Origin: Bugula neritina
Taxonomy: Eukaryota; Animalia; Bryozoa
Assembly (NCBI GenBank): GCA_964035545.1
Contig: OZ037773.1
Coordinates: 10,815,869-10,879,868 of the forward strand
Direction of reading: 5' to 3'
DNA length: 64,000 nt
Position numbers and translations under genes: made by a program. Positions within the stretch are counted from its first letter, which is position 1; each line of letters opens with the position of its first letter. Below are positions 1 through 11,367 of the stretch, in pieces. The notes below the pieces were generated by a model. It searched no databases and was not told the DNA's origin. It worked only from the letters and a program-made list of their open reading frames with translations.

Positions 1-51
1 TCTCTCTCCCTCTCCCTCTCTGTGAGGCAATATTGCTGTCTGGTCTTGTAG

Positions 52-3000
52 GATTAGAGTTGGTTCTGAACATTGAAACATACAAATACTACATGGGACC
101 GCTGACCTACCCTCTGGACTTTGCTGCTGCTTGGTTGAAGGTGTCCAAGCCAGGGGCAGCTTTTAAAATAGAAGAGATGAGTGTTGCTGTTTCTCCAAAC
201 ACCATCAATATTCTCTCTATACATCAGGTAACTATATATATGTTATACATTATACACTATCTATATTCTCTCTATACATCAGGTAACTATATATATGTTA
301 TACATTATACACTATCTATATTCTCTCTATACATCAGGTAACTATATATATGTTATACATTATACACTATCAATATTCTCTCTATACATCAGGTAACTAT
401 ATATATGTTATACATTATACACTATCTATATTCTCTCTATACATCAGGTAACTATATATATGTTATACATTATACACTATCAATATTCTCTCTATACATC
501 AGGTAACTATATACATGTTATACATTATACACTATCTATATTCTCTCTATACATCAGGTAACTATATATATGTTATACATTATACACTATCTATATTCTC
601 TCTATTTATCAAGTGACTATATATGTGTGCGTGTATGTATATACTATATACTACACTTGTATGTTTGCGACAGACTAACTTTGCTCGGCTAGGCATTCCA
701 TACGGAGATTGCTTCAGAGAAGACGATCCCAAACCCCTACTTTATCAGAAGAACAAAAGCTATGATAAGGACTTGTGTGATAACACGTGCCTGCAAAGAG
801 CGGTAATACAGTAATACAGTAATAGAGTAATACAGTAATAGAGTATTACAGTGGTGTCATAGTATAGAAATATACGAGTACTAATATGATGGTATAGTAA
901 TGCAGTAATATAATATTATGATATTGTTTATCTGCAGGTAATATTAGAGTGTTGTTGTTATATCAGTATAGTAGAAACCAATATAGCAGAGTTTGATGAG
1001 TCATGGGAATTGTGTAGACGAGACAACATAACGGAATGTGCAACTGATAATAGTAAGTGTTGTATAGTAATAGTACTGTATAGTAATAGTACTGTATAGT
1101 AATAGTACTGTATAGTAATAGTAAGTACTGTATAGTAATAGTAAGTATTGTATAGTAATAGTAAGTACTGTATAGTAATAGTACTGTATAGTAATAGTAA
1201 GTACTGTATAGTAATAGTAAGTATCATATAGTAATAGTAAGTACTGTATAGTAATAGTAAGTACTGTATAGTAATAGTAAGTATCATATAGTAATAGTAA
1301 GCACTGTATAGTAATAGTAAGTACTGTATAGTAATAGTAAGTACTGTATAGTAATAGTAAGTATCATATAGTAATAGTAAGCACTGTATAGTAATAGTAA
1401 GTACTGTATAGTAATAGTAAGTACTGTATAGTAATAGTAAGTACTGTATAGTAATAGTACTGTATAGTAATAGTAAGTACTGTATAGTAATAGTAAGTAC
1501 TGTATAGTAATAGTAAGTACTGTATAGTAATAGTAAGTACTGCATAGTAATAGTAAGTACTGTATAGTAATAGTAAGTACTGTATAGTAATAGTAAGTAC
1601 TGTATAGTAATAGTAAGTACTGTATAGTAATAGTAAGTACTGTATAGTAATAGTACTGTATAGTAATAGTAAGTACTGTATAGTAATAGTAAGTACTGTA
1701 TAGTAATAGTAAGTACTGTATAGTAATAGTAAGTACTGCATAGTAATAGTAAGTACTGTATAGTAATAGTAAGTACTGTATAGTAATAGTAAGTACTGTA
1801 TAGTAATAGTAAGTATTGTATAGTATTAGTAAGTATCGTATAGTAATAGTAAGTACTGTATAGTAATAGTAAGTATCATATAGTAATAGTAAGCACTGTA
1901 TAGTAATAGTACTGTATAGTAATAGTAAGTACTGTATAGTAATAGTAAGTACTGTATAGTAATAGTAAGTACTGTATAGTAATAGTAAGTACTGTATAGT
2001 AATAGTAAGTACTGTATAGTAATAGTAAGTACTGTATAGTAATAGTAAGTACTGTATAGTAATAGTAAGTACTGTATAGTAATAGTAAGTACTGTATAGT
2101 AATAGTAAGCACTGTATAGTAATAGTAAGTACTGTATAGTAATAGTAAGTACTGTATAGTAATAGTAAGTACTGTATAGTAAGTACTGTATAGTAATAGT
2201 AAGTATTGTATAGTAATAGTAAGTACTGTATAGTAATAGTAAGTACTGTATAGTAATAGTAAGTATTGTATAGTAATAGTAAGTACTGTATAGTAATAGT
2301 AAGTATTGTATAGTAATAGTAAGTACTGTATAGTAATAGTAAGTATTGTATAGTAATAGTAAGTACTGTATAGTAATAGTAAGTACTGTATAGTAATAGT
2401 AAGTATCATATAGTAATAGTAAGCACTGTATAGTAATAGTAAGTACTGTATAGTAATAGTAAGTACTGTATAGTAATAGTAAATACTGTGTAGTAATAGT
2501 AAGTACTGTATAGTAATAGTAAGTACTGTATAGTAATAGTAAGTACTGTATAGTAATAGCAAGTACTGTATAGTAGTAATAGTACTGTATAGTAATAGTA
2601 AGTACTGTATAGTAATAGTAAGTATTGTATAATAACAGTAAGTACTGTATAGTAATAGTAAGCACTGTATAGTAATAGTAAGTACTGTATAGTAATAGTA
2701 AGTACTGTATAGTAATAGTAAGTATTGTATAATAATAGTAAGTACTGTATAGTAATAGTAAGTACTGTATAGTAATAGTACTGTATAGTAATAGTAAGTA
2801 CTGTATAGTAATAGTAAGTACTGTATAGTAATAGTAAGTACTGTATAGTAATAGTAAGTATTGTATAGTAATAGTAAGTACTGTATAGTAATAGTAAGTA
2901 CTGTATAGTAATAGTACTGTATAGTAAGTATTGTATAGTAATAGTAAGTATTGTATAATAACAGTAAGTACTGTATAGTAATAGTAAGCACTGTATAGTA

Positions 3001-5865
3001 ATAGTAAGTACTGTATAGTAATAGTAAGTACTGTATAGTAATAGTAAGTATTGTATAATAATAGTAAGTACTGTATAGTAATAGTAAGCACTGTATAGTA
3101 ATAGTAAGCACTGTATAGTAATAGTAAGTGCTGTATAGTAATAGTAAGCACTGTATAGTAATAGTAAGCACTGTATAGTAATAGTAAGTGCTGTATAGTA
3201 ATAGTAAGTACTGTATAGTAATAGTAAGTAGTGTATAGTAATAGTAAGTATTGTATAATAATAGTAAGTACTGTATAGTAATAGTAAGTACTGTATAGTA
3301 ATAGTACTGTATAGTAATAGTAAGTACTGTATAGTAATAGTAAGTACTGTATAGTAATAGTAAGTACTGTATAGTAATAGTAAGTATTGTATAGTAATAG
3401 TAAGTACTGTATAGTAATAGTAAGTACTGTATAGTAATAGTACTGTATAGTAAGTATTGTATAGTAATAGTAAGTATTGTATAATAACAGTAAGTACTGT
3501 ATAGTAATAGTAAGCACTGTATAGTAATAGTAAGTACTGTATAGTAATAGTAAGTACTGTATAGTAATAGTAAGTATTGTATAATAATAGTAAGTACTGT
3601 ATAGTAATAGTAAGCACTGTATAGTAATAGTAAGCACTGTATAGTAATAGTAAGTGCTGTATAGTAATAGTAAGCACTGTATAGTAATAGTAAGCACTGT
3701 ATAGTAATAGTAAGTGCTGTATAGTAATAGTAAGTACTGTATAGTAATAGTAAGTAGTGTATAGTAATAGTAAGTATTGTATAGTAATAGTAAGTACTGT
3801 ATAGTAATAGTAAGCACTGTATAGTAATAGTAAGCACTGTATAGTAATAGTAAGTGCTGTATAGTAATAGTAAGCACTGTATAGTAATAGTAAGTACTGT
3901 GTAGTAATAGTAAGTACTGTATAGTAATAGTAAGTATCATATAGTAATAGTAAGCACTGTATAGTAATAGTAAGTACTGTATAGTAATAGTAAGTACTGT
4001 ATAGTAATAGTAAGTACTGTATAGTAATAGTAAGTATCGTATAGTAATAGTAAGCACTGTATAGTAATAGTACTGTATAGTAATAGTAAGTACTGTATAG
4101 TAATAGTAAGTACTGTATAGTAATAGTAAGTACTGTATAGTAATAGTAAGTACTGTATAGTAATAGTAAGTACTGTATAGTAATAGTAAGTACTGTATAG
4201 TAAGTATTGTATAGTAATAGTAAGTACTGTATAGTAATAGTAAGCACTGTATAGTAATAGTAAGTACTGTATAGTAATAGTAAGTACTGTATAGTAATAG
4301 TAAGTACTGTATAGTAATAGTAAGTACTGCATAGTAATAGTACTGTATAGTAATAGTAAGTACTGTATAGTAATAGTAAGTACTGTATAGTAATAGTAAG
4401 TACTGTATAGTAATAGTAAGTACTGCATAGTAATAGTAAGTACTGCATAGTAATAGTAAGTACTGTATAGTAATAGTAAGTACTGTATAGTAATAGTAAG
4501 TACTGTATAGTATTAGTAAGTATCGTATAGTAATAGTAAGTACCGTATAGTAATAGTAAGTACTGTATAGTAATAGTAAGTACTGTATAGTAATAGTAAG
4601 TACTGTATAGTAATAGTAAGTACTGTATAGTAAGTACTGTATAGTAATAGTAAGTATTGTATAGTAATAGTAAGTACTGTATAGCAATAGTAAGTACTGT
4701 ATAGTAATAGTAAGTATTGTATAGTAATAGTAAGTACTGTATAGTAATAGTAAGTATTGTATAGTAATAGTAAGTACTGTATAGTAATAGTAAGTATTGT
4801 ATAGTAATAGTAAGTACTGTATAGTAATAGTAAGCACTGTATAGTAATAGTAAGTACTGTATAGTAATAGTAAGTACTGTATAGTAATAGTAAGTACTGT
4901 ATAGTAATAGTAAGTATTGTATAGTAATAGTAAGTACTGTATAGTAATAGTAAGTACTGCATAGTAATAGTAAGTACTGTATAGTAATAGTAAGTACTGT
5001 ATAGTAATAGTAAGTACTGTTTTAGTGTGTCTAGCAGAGATGTGGGCAGAGTATGATTCTGGTAATCTCCCCTGTACAGAGTGTCTACCTCTTTGCAGGT
5101 AAGTATTCCGTTATTTTATATTATACTTATACTTACTATATATAAAGTTACCACTACATATTATATGTTATATGTTATTTGTTATATGTTTTATGTTATA
5201 TATTACATGTTATATGTTATTTGTTATATGTTTTAGTGATGTTTTATATGAGGTGTCTGCTGACAAGAGTAAGTGGCCGTTAGAAACTTTCACAGTAAGT
5301 ATCTCTCAGGCTTATAATATGTAATATAATGTTTTGTATCATAATAAAATAATATTATATAATTTAGCATAATATTATTTAGAGTAATATAATATAATAT
5401 AATGTAATATAATAATATAAAACAATAATATTTTATTTTTATTCTTTGTCTAGGAAAATGTCATCTTACATGAACTGAGAGCATTTGACCAACTTGTGGA
5501 TCAATTGAACAACTTCTCCATCAACTTAGATGCTGACTTTGTGAGAGACAATCTTGTGAAAGTTCAGTTAAACTTTGCGTCCATGACCACTTCTACAGTT
5601 ACAGAGCTACCTCAGATTAGTCCCTGGGAATTCACCTCTGAGTTAGGTAACACTCATTCCTTATATGAATACTATTCGGTGTTGTATTGTAATGTATTAT
5701 ATTATATTATGTCATAATATATTCTGTTATACTATGTTATTGTCTCTTCTAGGGTCTGCCTTTGGTTTGTGGATCGGCTGGTCAGCCTGGACTCTCTTCC
5801 ACCTCATTGAGTACATCTCAGACTCAGCGGCTCTCTCCGTACAAAGAAGACGGCGTTCAGATTAG
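52..5865 (+). CDS. DEG/ENaC/ASIC-family (amiloride-sensitive type) ion channel subunit, 3' part; the 5' exons lie upstream of the window
   Basis: Seven GT-AG exons with consistent phases: 52-227, 674-802, 938-1052, 5026-5098, 5237-5294, 5454-5646, 5753-5865 (TAG). The spliced product has family hallmarks: GLELVLNIE, RLGIPYGDC, a Cys-rich thumb (CDNTCLQRAVILECCC ... CTECLPLC), SKWP, NLVKVQLNF and TM2 SELGSAFGLWIGWS. Confidence 0.93.
204..622 (+). repeat. 55-bp minisatellite (~7.5 units) copying the exon 3' end plus the donor CAG|GTAACT
   Basis: Unit ATCWATATTCTCTCTATACATCAGGTAACTATATATATGTTATACATTATACACT, with GT donors at 228, 283, 338, 393, 448, 503 and 558. Confidence 0.95.
1053..5020 (+). 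repeat. 20-bp minisatellite (ATAGTAATAGTAAGTACTGT)n, ~200 units, filling a 4-kb intron
   Basis: Read directly; variants include GCACTG, GTATTG, GTATCA and shorter deletion units. Confidence 0.97.
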
Positions 5866-5872
5866 TAGCCGT

Positions 5873-6250
5873 CTCCTCCCATATTCATCTGCAGAATAAC
5901 TCCTCCCATATTAATCTGCAGAATAACTCCTCCCATATTAATCTACAGAATAACTCCTCCCACATTAATCTACGAAATAACTCCTCCCATATTAATCTAC
6001 AGAATAACTCCTCCCATATTAATCTACAGAATAACTCCTCCCATATTCATCTGCAGAATAACTCCTCCCATCTTAATCTACAAAACTCCTCCCATATTAA
6101 TCTACAGAATAACTCCTCCATAATAATCTACAAAACAACTCCTCCCATATTCATCTACAGAATAACTGCTGACATATTTATCTGGAGAAAAGCTATTGAC
6201 ATGTTTATCTGCAGAAAAACTATTGACATGTTTATCTGCAGAATATTTAT
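5873..6250 (+). repeat. 27-bp minisatellite in the channel 3' UTR region (copy at ~15121-15498)
   Basis: Unit CTCCTCCCATATTAATCTACAGAATAA x ~11, decaying into related TTGACATGTTTATCTGCAGAA units. Confidence 0.9.
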
Positions 6251-6397
6251 TGACATGTTTGTGTAGATGTTTTTAAAGAAATTAGGTGCTGTCAAACTTA
6301 GCTACAAAATTTCAATGTTCATTTCTCTTTAGTAATCAATTTGTCTATTCTTCTAACATCTTTGCTTTAGTAATGTTGACATTCAGGCAGTATTCAT

Positions 6398-6430
6398 CTA
6401 CTGCTACTGCTGCTGCTACTACTGCTACTG

Positions 6431-6480
<50 letters not shown>

Positions 6481-6481
6481 G

Positions 6482-6522
<41 letters not shown>

Positions 6523-6649
6523 GCTGCTACTACTGCTACTACTGCTACTACTGCTACTACTACTACTACTACTACTACTGCTACTACTACTACTGCTACT
6601 ACTGCTACTGCTACTGCTACTACTACTACTGCTACTGCTACTACTACTG

Positions 6650-6696
<47 letters not shown>

Positions 6697-6940
6697 GCTG
6701 CTGCTACTACTGCTGCTGCTACTACTACTGCTGCTACTGCTACTACTAGTACTACTACTGCTACTACTGCTACTACTGCTACTACTACTACTGCTACTAC
6801 TGCTACTACTGCTACTACTGCTACTACTGCTACTACTACTACTGCTACTACTACTACTACTGCTACTACTACTACTGCTGCTGCTACTACTACTACTACT
6901 GCTACTACTATTACTGCCACCACTACTGCAACAGCTACTA
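6398..6940. repeat. Compound (CTA/CTG)n trinucleotide microsatellite
   Basis: Read directly; source of the poly-T, poly-V and poly-S ORFs. Confidence 0.97.
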
Positions 6941-7719
6941 TATGTGTGACCACTACTTTGCATCAGTGAAGGTGATGGGTTCTTGCTTAGTTGTGCTGAG
7001 ATTATTGTTGGTTAATCAATTTATTGCATTTATCTTTTATGTCTGGAAGGTGCAGTTCTGTTTTAGTCATGCTGAAGGCAGCATGATAAACTGGTGGCAG
7101 CTGCTAATGCTGCCTAATTAGAACATTAGTAACACTGATAAGCTGATTGAAGTGAACCTGAGCACAGCCTAGCGGCAGCATGCCCTAGCAGCAGTACAGT
7201 CTAGAGGTAGCATGCCCTAGCAGCAGTACAGTCTAGCGGTAGCACGTGCTGTCTAATGAGGAGCTGCTGTTAGTTATGCCAGCCACATTGATGTAATTAG
7301 TTGAAAGACGTTGTTGATTCATTAACATTTATAGCAGTTATGTTTATTGCATTAATTATGTATGTGGGATGAACAAAGCTAAGCAGTAAATAAGTATTTA
7401 TACTCTGGAAGTGTAGTGGTCAACATGGCAGGTAGGTCAGCTATATAATATCTCTGTTATATATTCTCTGTTATATACTCTCTGTTATATATCTATACTC
7501 TTATTTTACACTTATCTATATTCACTTGATATTTCACGTTTCATCAATTATTACAGGTCTGGTAAAACCAAAGAAATACGACTGGAAGGACTCCAATTTG
7601 GCTCTGTTTGGGTCAAAGCTAGAGAGAGAAGTCAAAAGTACGTTTTAATTATACTTCATGTGGCGTTATTTCTCTTTGTTTTTCAGCATCATATTATAAC
7701 CTCTGAACTAGCTTAGCAC

Positions 7720-8150
7720 CTATATATCTACTGTATCTACTCTATATCTACTATGTATCTATTATATATCTACTATATATCTATTATATATCTACTGTAT
7801 ATCTACTATATATCTACTATATATCTATTATATATCTACTCTATATCTACTATATATCTACTATATATCTACTATATATCTACTGTATATCTACTATATA
7901 TCTACTATATATCTACTGTATATCTACTATATATCTACTATATATCTACTGTATATCTACTATATATCTACTCTATATCTATTATATATCTACTATATAT
8001 TTACTGTATATCTACTATATATCTACTATATATATACTATATATCTATTATATAACTACTATATATCTACTATATATCTACTATATATCTACTATATATC
8101 TACTATATATCTACTATATATATACTATATATCTATTATATAACTACTAT
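7720..8150 (+). repeat. 11-bp minisatellite (CTACTATATAT)n in gelsolin intron 2 (copy ~16968-17398)
   Basis: Read directly. Confidence 0.92.
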
Positions 8151-8416
8151 ACTCTATTTATATTCTACATTCGCAGAGGCATCGGCAGCCACGGAACCAG
8201 CTTGGCACGGAGCTGGCAAGGAAGTCGGAATCAGAATCTGGAGGGTTGAGGTGAGCGTTTCTACTATTACATAAAACGGAGTTCAGTATTAAAAATCAAA
8301 ATTTTCCTTTTGCAATGAGTTCCTCTGTTTTGTGAATAATTTTGATTTTTCAGCAATTTAAGATCGTAGACTGGCCAGTGGAGGAGTATGGGAACTTTTA
8401 TAGTGGCGACTCTTAC

Positions 8417-9090
8417 ATCATACTGAGAGTAAGTTAATTATTATATCATACTGAGAGTAAGTTAATTATTATATTATACTAAGAGTAAGTTAATTATTAT
8501 ATTATACTGAAAGTAAGTTAGTTATTATATTATACTGAGAGTAAGTTAATTATTATATCATACTGAGAGTAAGTTAGTTATTATATTATACTGAGAGTAA
8601 GTTAGTTATTATATTATACTAAGAGTAAGTTAATTATTATGTTATACTGAGAGTAAGTTAGTTATTATATTATACTGAGAGTAAGTTAATTATTATATTA
8701 TACTGAAAGTAAGTTAGTTATTATATTATACTGAGAGTAAGTTAATTATTATATTATACTGAGAGTAAGTTAATTATATCAGACTGAGGGTAAGTTAATT
8801 ATTATATCATACTAAGAGTAAGTTAATTATTATATTATACTAAGAGTAAGTTAGTTATTATATTATACTGAAAGTAAGTTAGTTATATCAGTCTAAGGGT
8901 AAGTTAATTATTATATCATACTGAGAGTAAGTTAATTATTATATTATACTGAGAGTAAGTTAGTTATTATATTATACTGAGAGTAAGTTAGTTATTATAT
9001 TATACTGAGAGTAAGTTAATTATTATATCATACTGAGAGTAAGTTAGTTATTATATTATACTGAGAGTAAGTTAGTTATTATATACTGAG
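8417..9090 (+). repeat. 28-bp minisatellite copying the exon 4 end plus the donor AGA|GTAAGT (copy ~17665-18338)
   Basis: Unit ATCATACTGAGAGTAAGTTAATTATTAT, ~24 units. Confidence 0.95.
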
Positions 9091-9191
9091 TTGTTTTCTC
9101 ATTCTTATAGACTTACAAACCAAAGCCCAACAGTGAGCTGTTAGCATGGGATCTACACTTCTGGATTGGCAAGTTTAGCTCACAAGTAGGT

Positions 9192-9440
9192 TACATATAT
9201 CATATCATGCGTACATATCATATCATATCATGTGTACATATCATATCATATTATATATCATATCGTGTGTACATATCATATATCATGTGTACATATCATA
9301 TCATGTGTACATATCATATCATGTGTACATATCATATCATGTGTACATATCATATCATGTGTACATATCATATCATATCATGTATACATATCATATCATA
9401 TCATGTGTACATATCATATCATGTATACATATCGTATCAC
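9192..9440 (+). repeat. 18-bp/5-bp minisatellite (TCATATCATGTGTACATA)n in gelsolin intron 5 (copy ~18440-18688)
   Basis: Read directly. Confidence 0.9.
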
Positions 9441-9890
9441 GTCTGCTAACAGGATGAGTACGGTACAGCAGCCTACAAGACAGTAGAACTGGATACTTAC
9501 CTGGATGATGGACCAGTCCAGCACAGGGAGGTGATGAACCATGAGTCTGAGGCCTTCAAATCCTACTTTGAGAAGATTGTGTGAGTTTTTAAATACTTTG
9601 ATAGTATTGTGTGAGTTTCTATCTGTATACTATATATTATACTATACATGTATACTATACATATAGCCACGTGTTGCAGGTACATGGAAGGAGGTGTGGC
9701 CACTGGGTTCCGCCACGTGGAAAGAGGGAAATACGAGCCGAGATTCTTCACCGTCAAGAAGGTTGGCCGCCGCACGGAGGTCAAGCAGATCCCCATGAGA
9801 TATAAGAATGTGAACTCAGGAGATGTGTTTATCATGGATTTGGGGCTGACCATCTACCAGTTCAACGGCCGCAATAGCTCCAAGGTGATC

Positions 9891-10380
9891 TATATCTCAC
9901 TGTACCTCACTGTATCTCACTGTATCTCACTGTATCTCACTGTATCTCACTGTACCTCACTGTACCTCACTGTACCTCACTGTATCTCACTGTACCTCAC
10001 TGTACCTCACTGTACCTCACTGTATCTCACTGTATCTCACTGTATCTCACTGTATCTCACTGTATCTCACTGTATCTCACTGTATCTCACTGTACCTCAC
10101 TGTATCTCACTGTATCTCACTGTATCTCACTGTACCTCACTGTACCTCACTGTACCTCACTGTACCTCACTGTATCTCACTGTATCTCACTGTACCTCAC
10201 TGTACCTCACTGTACCTCACTGTACCTCACTGTATCTCACTGTATCTCACTGTATCTCACTGTATCTCACTGTATCTCACTGTATCTCACTGTATCTCAC
10301 TGTATCTCACTGTATCTCACTGTATCTCACTGTATCTCACTGTATCTCACTGTATCTCACTGTATCTCACTGTATCTCAC
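9891..10380 (+). repeat. 10-bp minisatellite (TGTAYCTCAC)n, 49 units (copy 19139-19628)
   Basis: Read directly; ends exactly at the MITE left terminus. Confidence 0.96.
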
Positions 10381-10382
10381 TA

Positions 10383-11123
10383 ATGGGGCTAACAGACTAC
10401 AGTCCAAACTCGACTGTGAAGGTGTTTTTGGAGCTGCTTGGCGCATACCTTCAACGTCACTTCCTACTTTTTGCTGGTCACACTACAGTTTAATACAAGC
10501 GCTGAAAGCTAACTGTCTCTAGCCTCGCAGTAAACTTTTAACCAATAGGAATCTTGTAGCTTAGTTTCTGCTGTATCCACAGCAACCAAAAATCAAATTT
10601 AGCGCAATTTATTGAGATTTACTAGCATAATTCAATAAGATTTACTATTTATTTTTATAGTAATTTATTAGTTTCACTTATTCAAAATTACTAGCTTCAT
10701 TTAATGAAATATACTAGCTTTATTCAATCGCATTCACTAGCATTAAGAAATAAATATGCTTATAAAATTCAGCCAAAGTAGAATAACCAAATATGCTGAT
10801 AAAATTCAGCCATATTTATCTGCTAAATAGTTATTTTCATAATTAATTTTTATTAAAATTTTCATACATAACTTCATCATAATAATGTTTAGTAAAATAA
10901 TATAATTTTCTAAGAACCAAATCAAATAATAATGCTCACTAGTAGCATGCGGAATAAGTAAAAGGACTTATTAATCAATCAGGGCTTACCTGGCCAGTCA
11001 GTGATTGGCTGATTGCTGAATGCTGAACTAATCGCGAAAAATTGCCAGTTGCGATCAGAAATCAGACAGTTGTGACGTCACAGAGTTCAACGCTTAACCT
11101 CGACTGTAGTCTGTCAGCCCCAT
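10383..11123. mobile_element. Non-autonomous DNA transposon (MITE), ~741 bp, in gelsolin intron 7
   Basis: TIRs ATGGGGCTAACAGACTACAGTC and GACTGTAGTCTGTCAGCCCCAT (1 mismatch in 22), with TA on both sides. The interior is AT-rich and non-coding. The superfamily is not assignable with certainty. Confidence 0.82.
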
Positions 11124-11124
11124 T

Positions 11125-11367
11125 ATACAACACATAGTTGTACAATATATAGTTATACAATACATAGTTATACAATACATAGTTATACAATATATAGTTA
11201 TACAATACATAGTTATACAATACATAGTTATACAATACATAGTTATACAATACATAGTTATACAATACATAGTTATACAATACATAGTTATACAACATAT
11301 AGTTATACAATATATAGTTATACAATACATAGTTATACAATATATAGTTATACAATATATAGTTATA
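11125..11367 (+). repeat. 15-bp minisatellite (TACAATACATAGTTA)n, truncated at the duplication junction (full array ~20373-20686)
   Basis: Read directly. Confidence 0.94.

Larger units (their letters stand above)
7425..9884 (+). pseudogene. Gelsolin-like gene, 3'-truncated duplicate (exons 1-7 only)
   Basis: Exons 7425-7431, 7557-7637, 8177-8250, 8354-8428, 9111-9185, 9453-9580, 9680-9884 match the complete copy at +9248. They are followed by the duplication junction instead of exon 8. May be an assembly duplicate. Confidence 0.8.

Noticed and set aside
958-4962. Minus-strand ORFs up to ~1000 aa (YYYYTVLTITIQYLLLLYST)n, also at 11062-14210
   Set aside because: The 20-bp unit has no stop on that strand, so all three frames are open. 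The array lies in an intron of the + strand channel gene.
6286-6969. Poly-Thr (mucin-like), poly-Val and poly-Ser ORFs, also at 15534-16217
   Set aside because: Translations of a (CTA/CTG)n microsatellite with no supporting gene structure.
204-9090. CRISPR-like regular repeats
   Set aside because: Head-to-tail units without unique spacers, no cas genes, and a eukaryotic intron context.
9885-10493. C-terminal ([10 protein letters not shown])n extension of the 281-aa ORF
   Set aside because: Read-through past the exon 7 donor (AAG|GTGATC) into the 10-bp intronic repeat; only 9680-9884 is gelsolin coding sequence.
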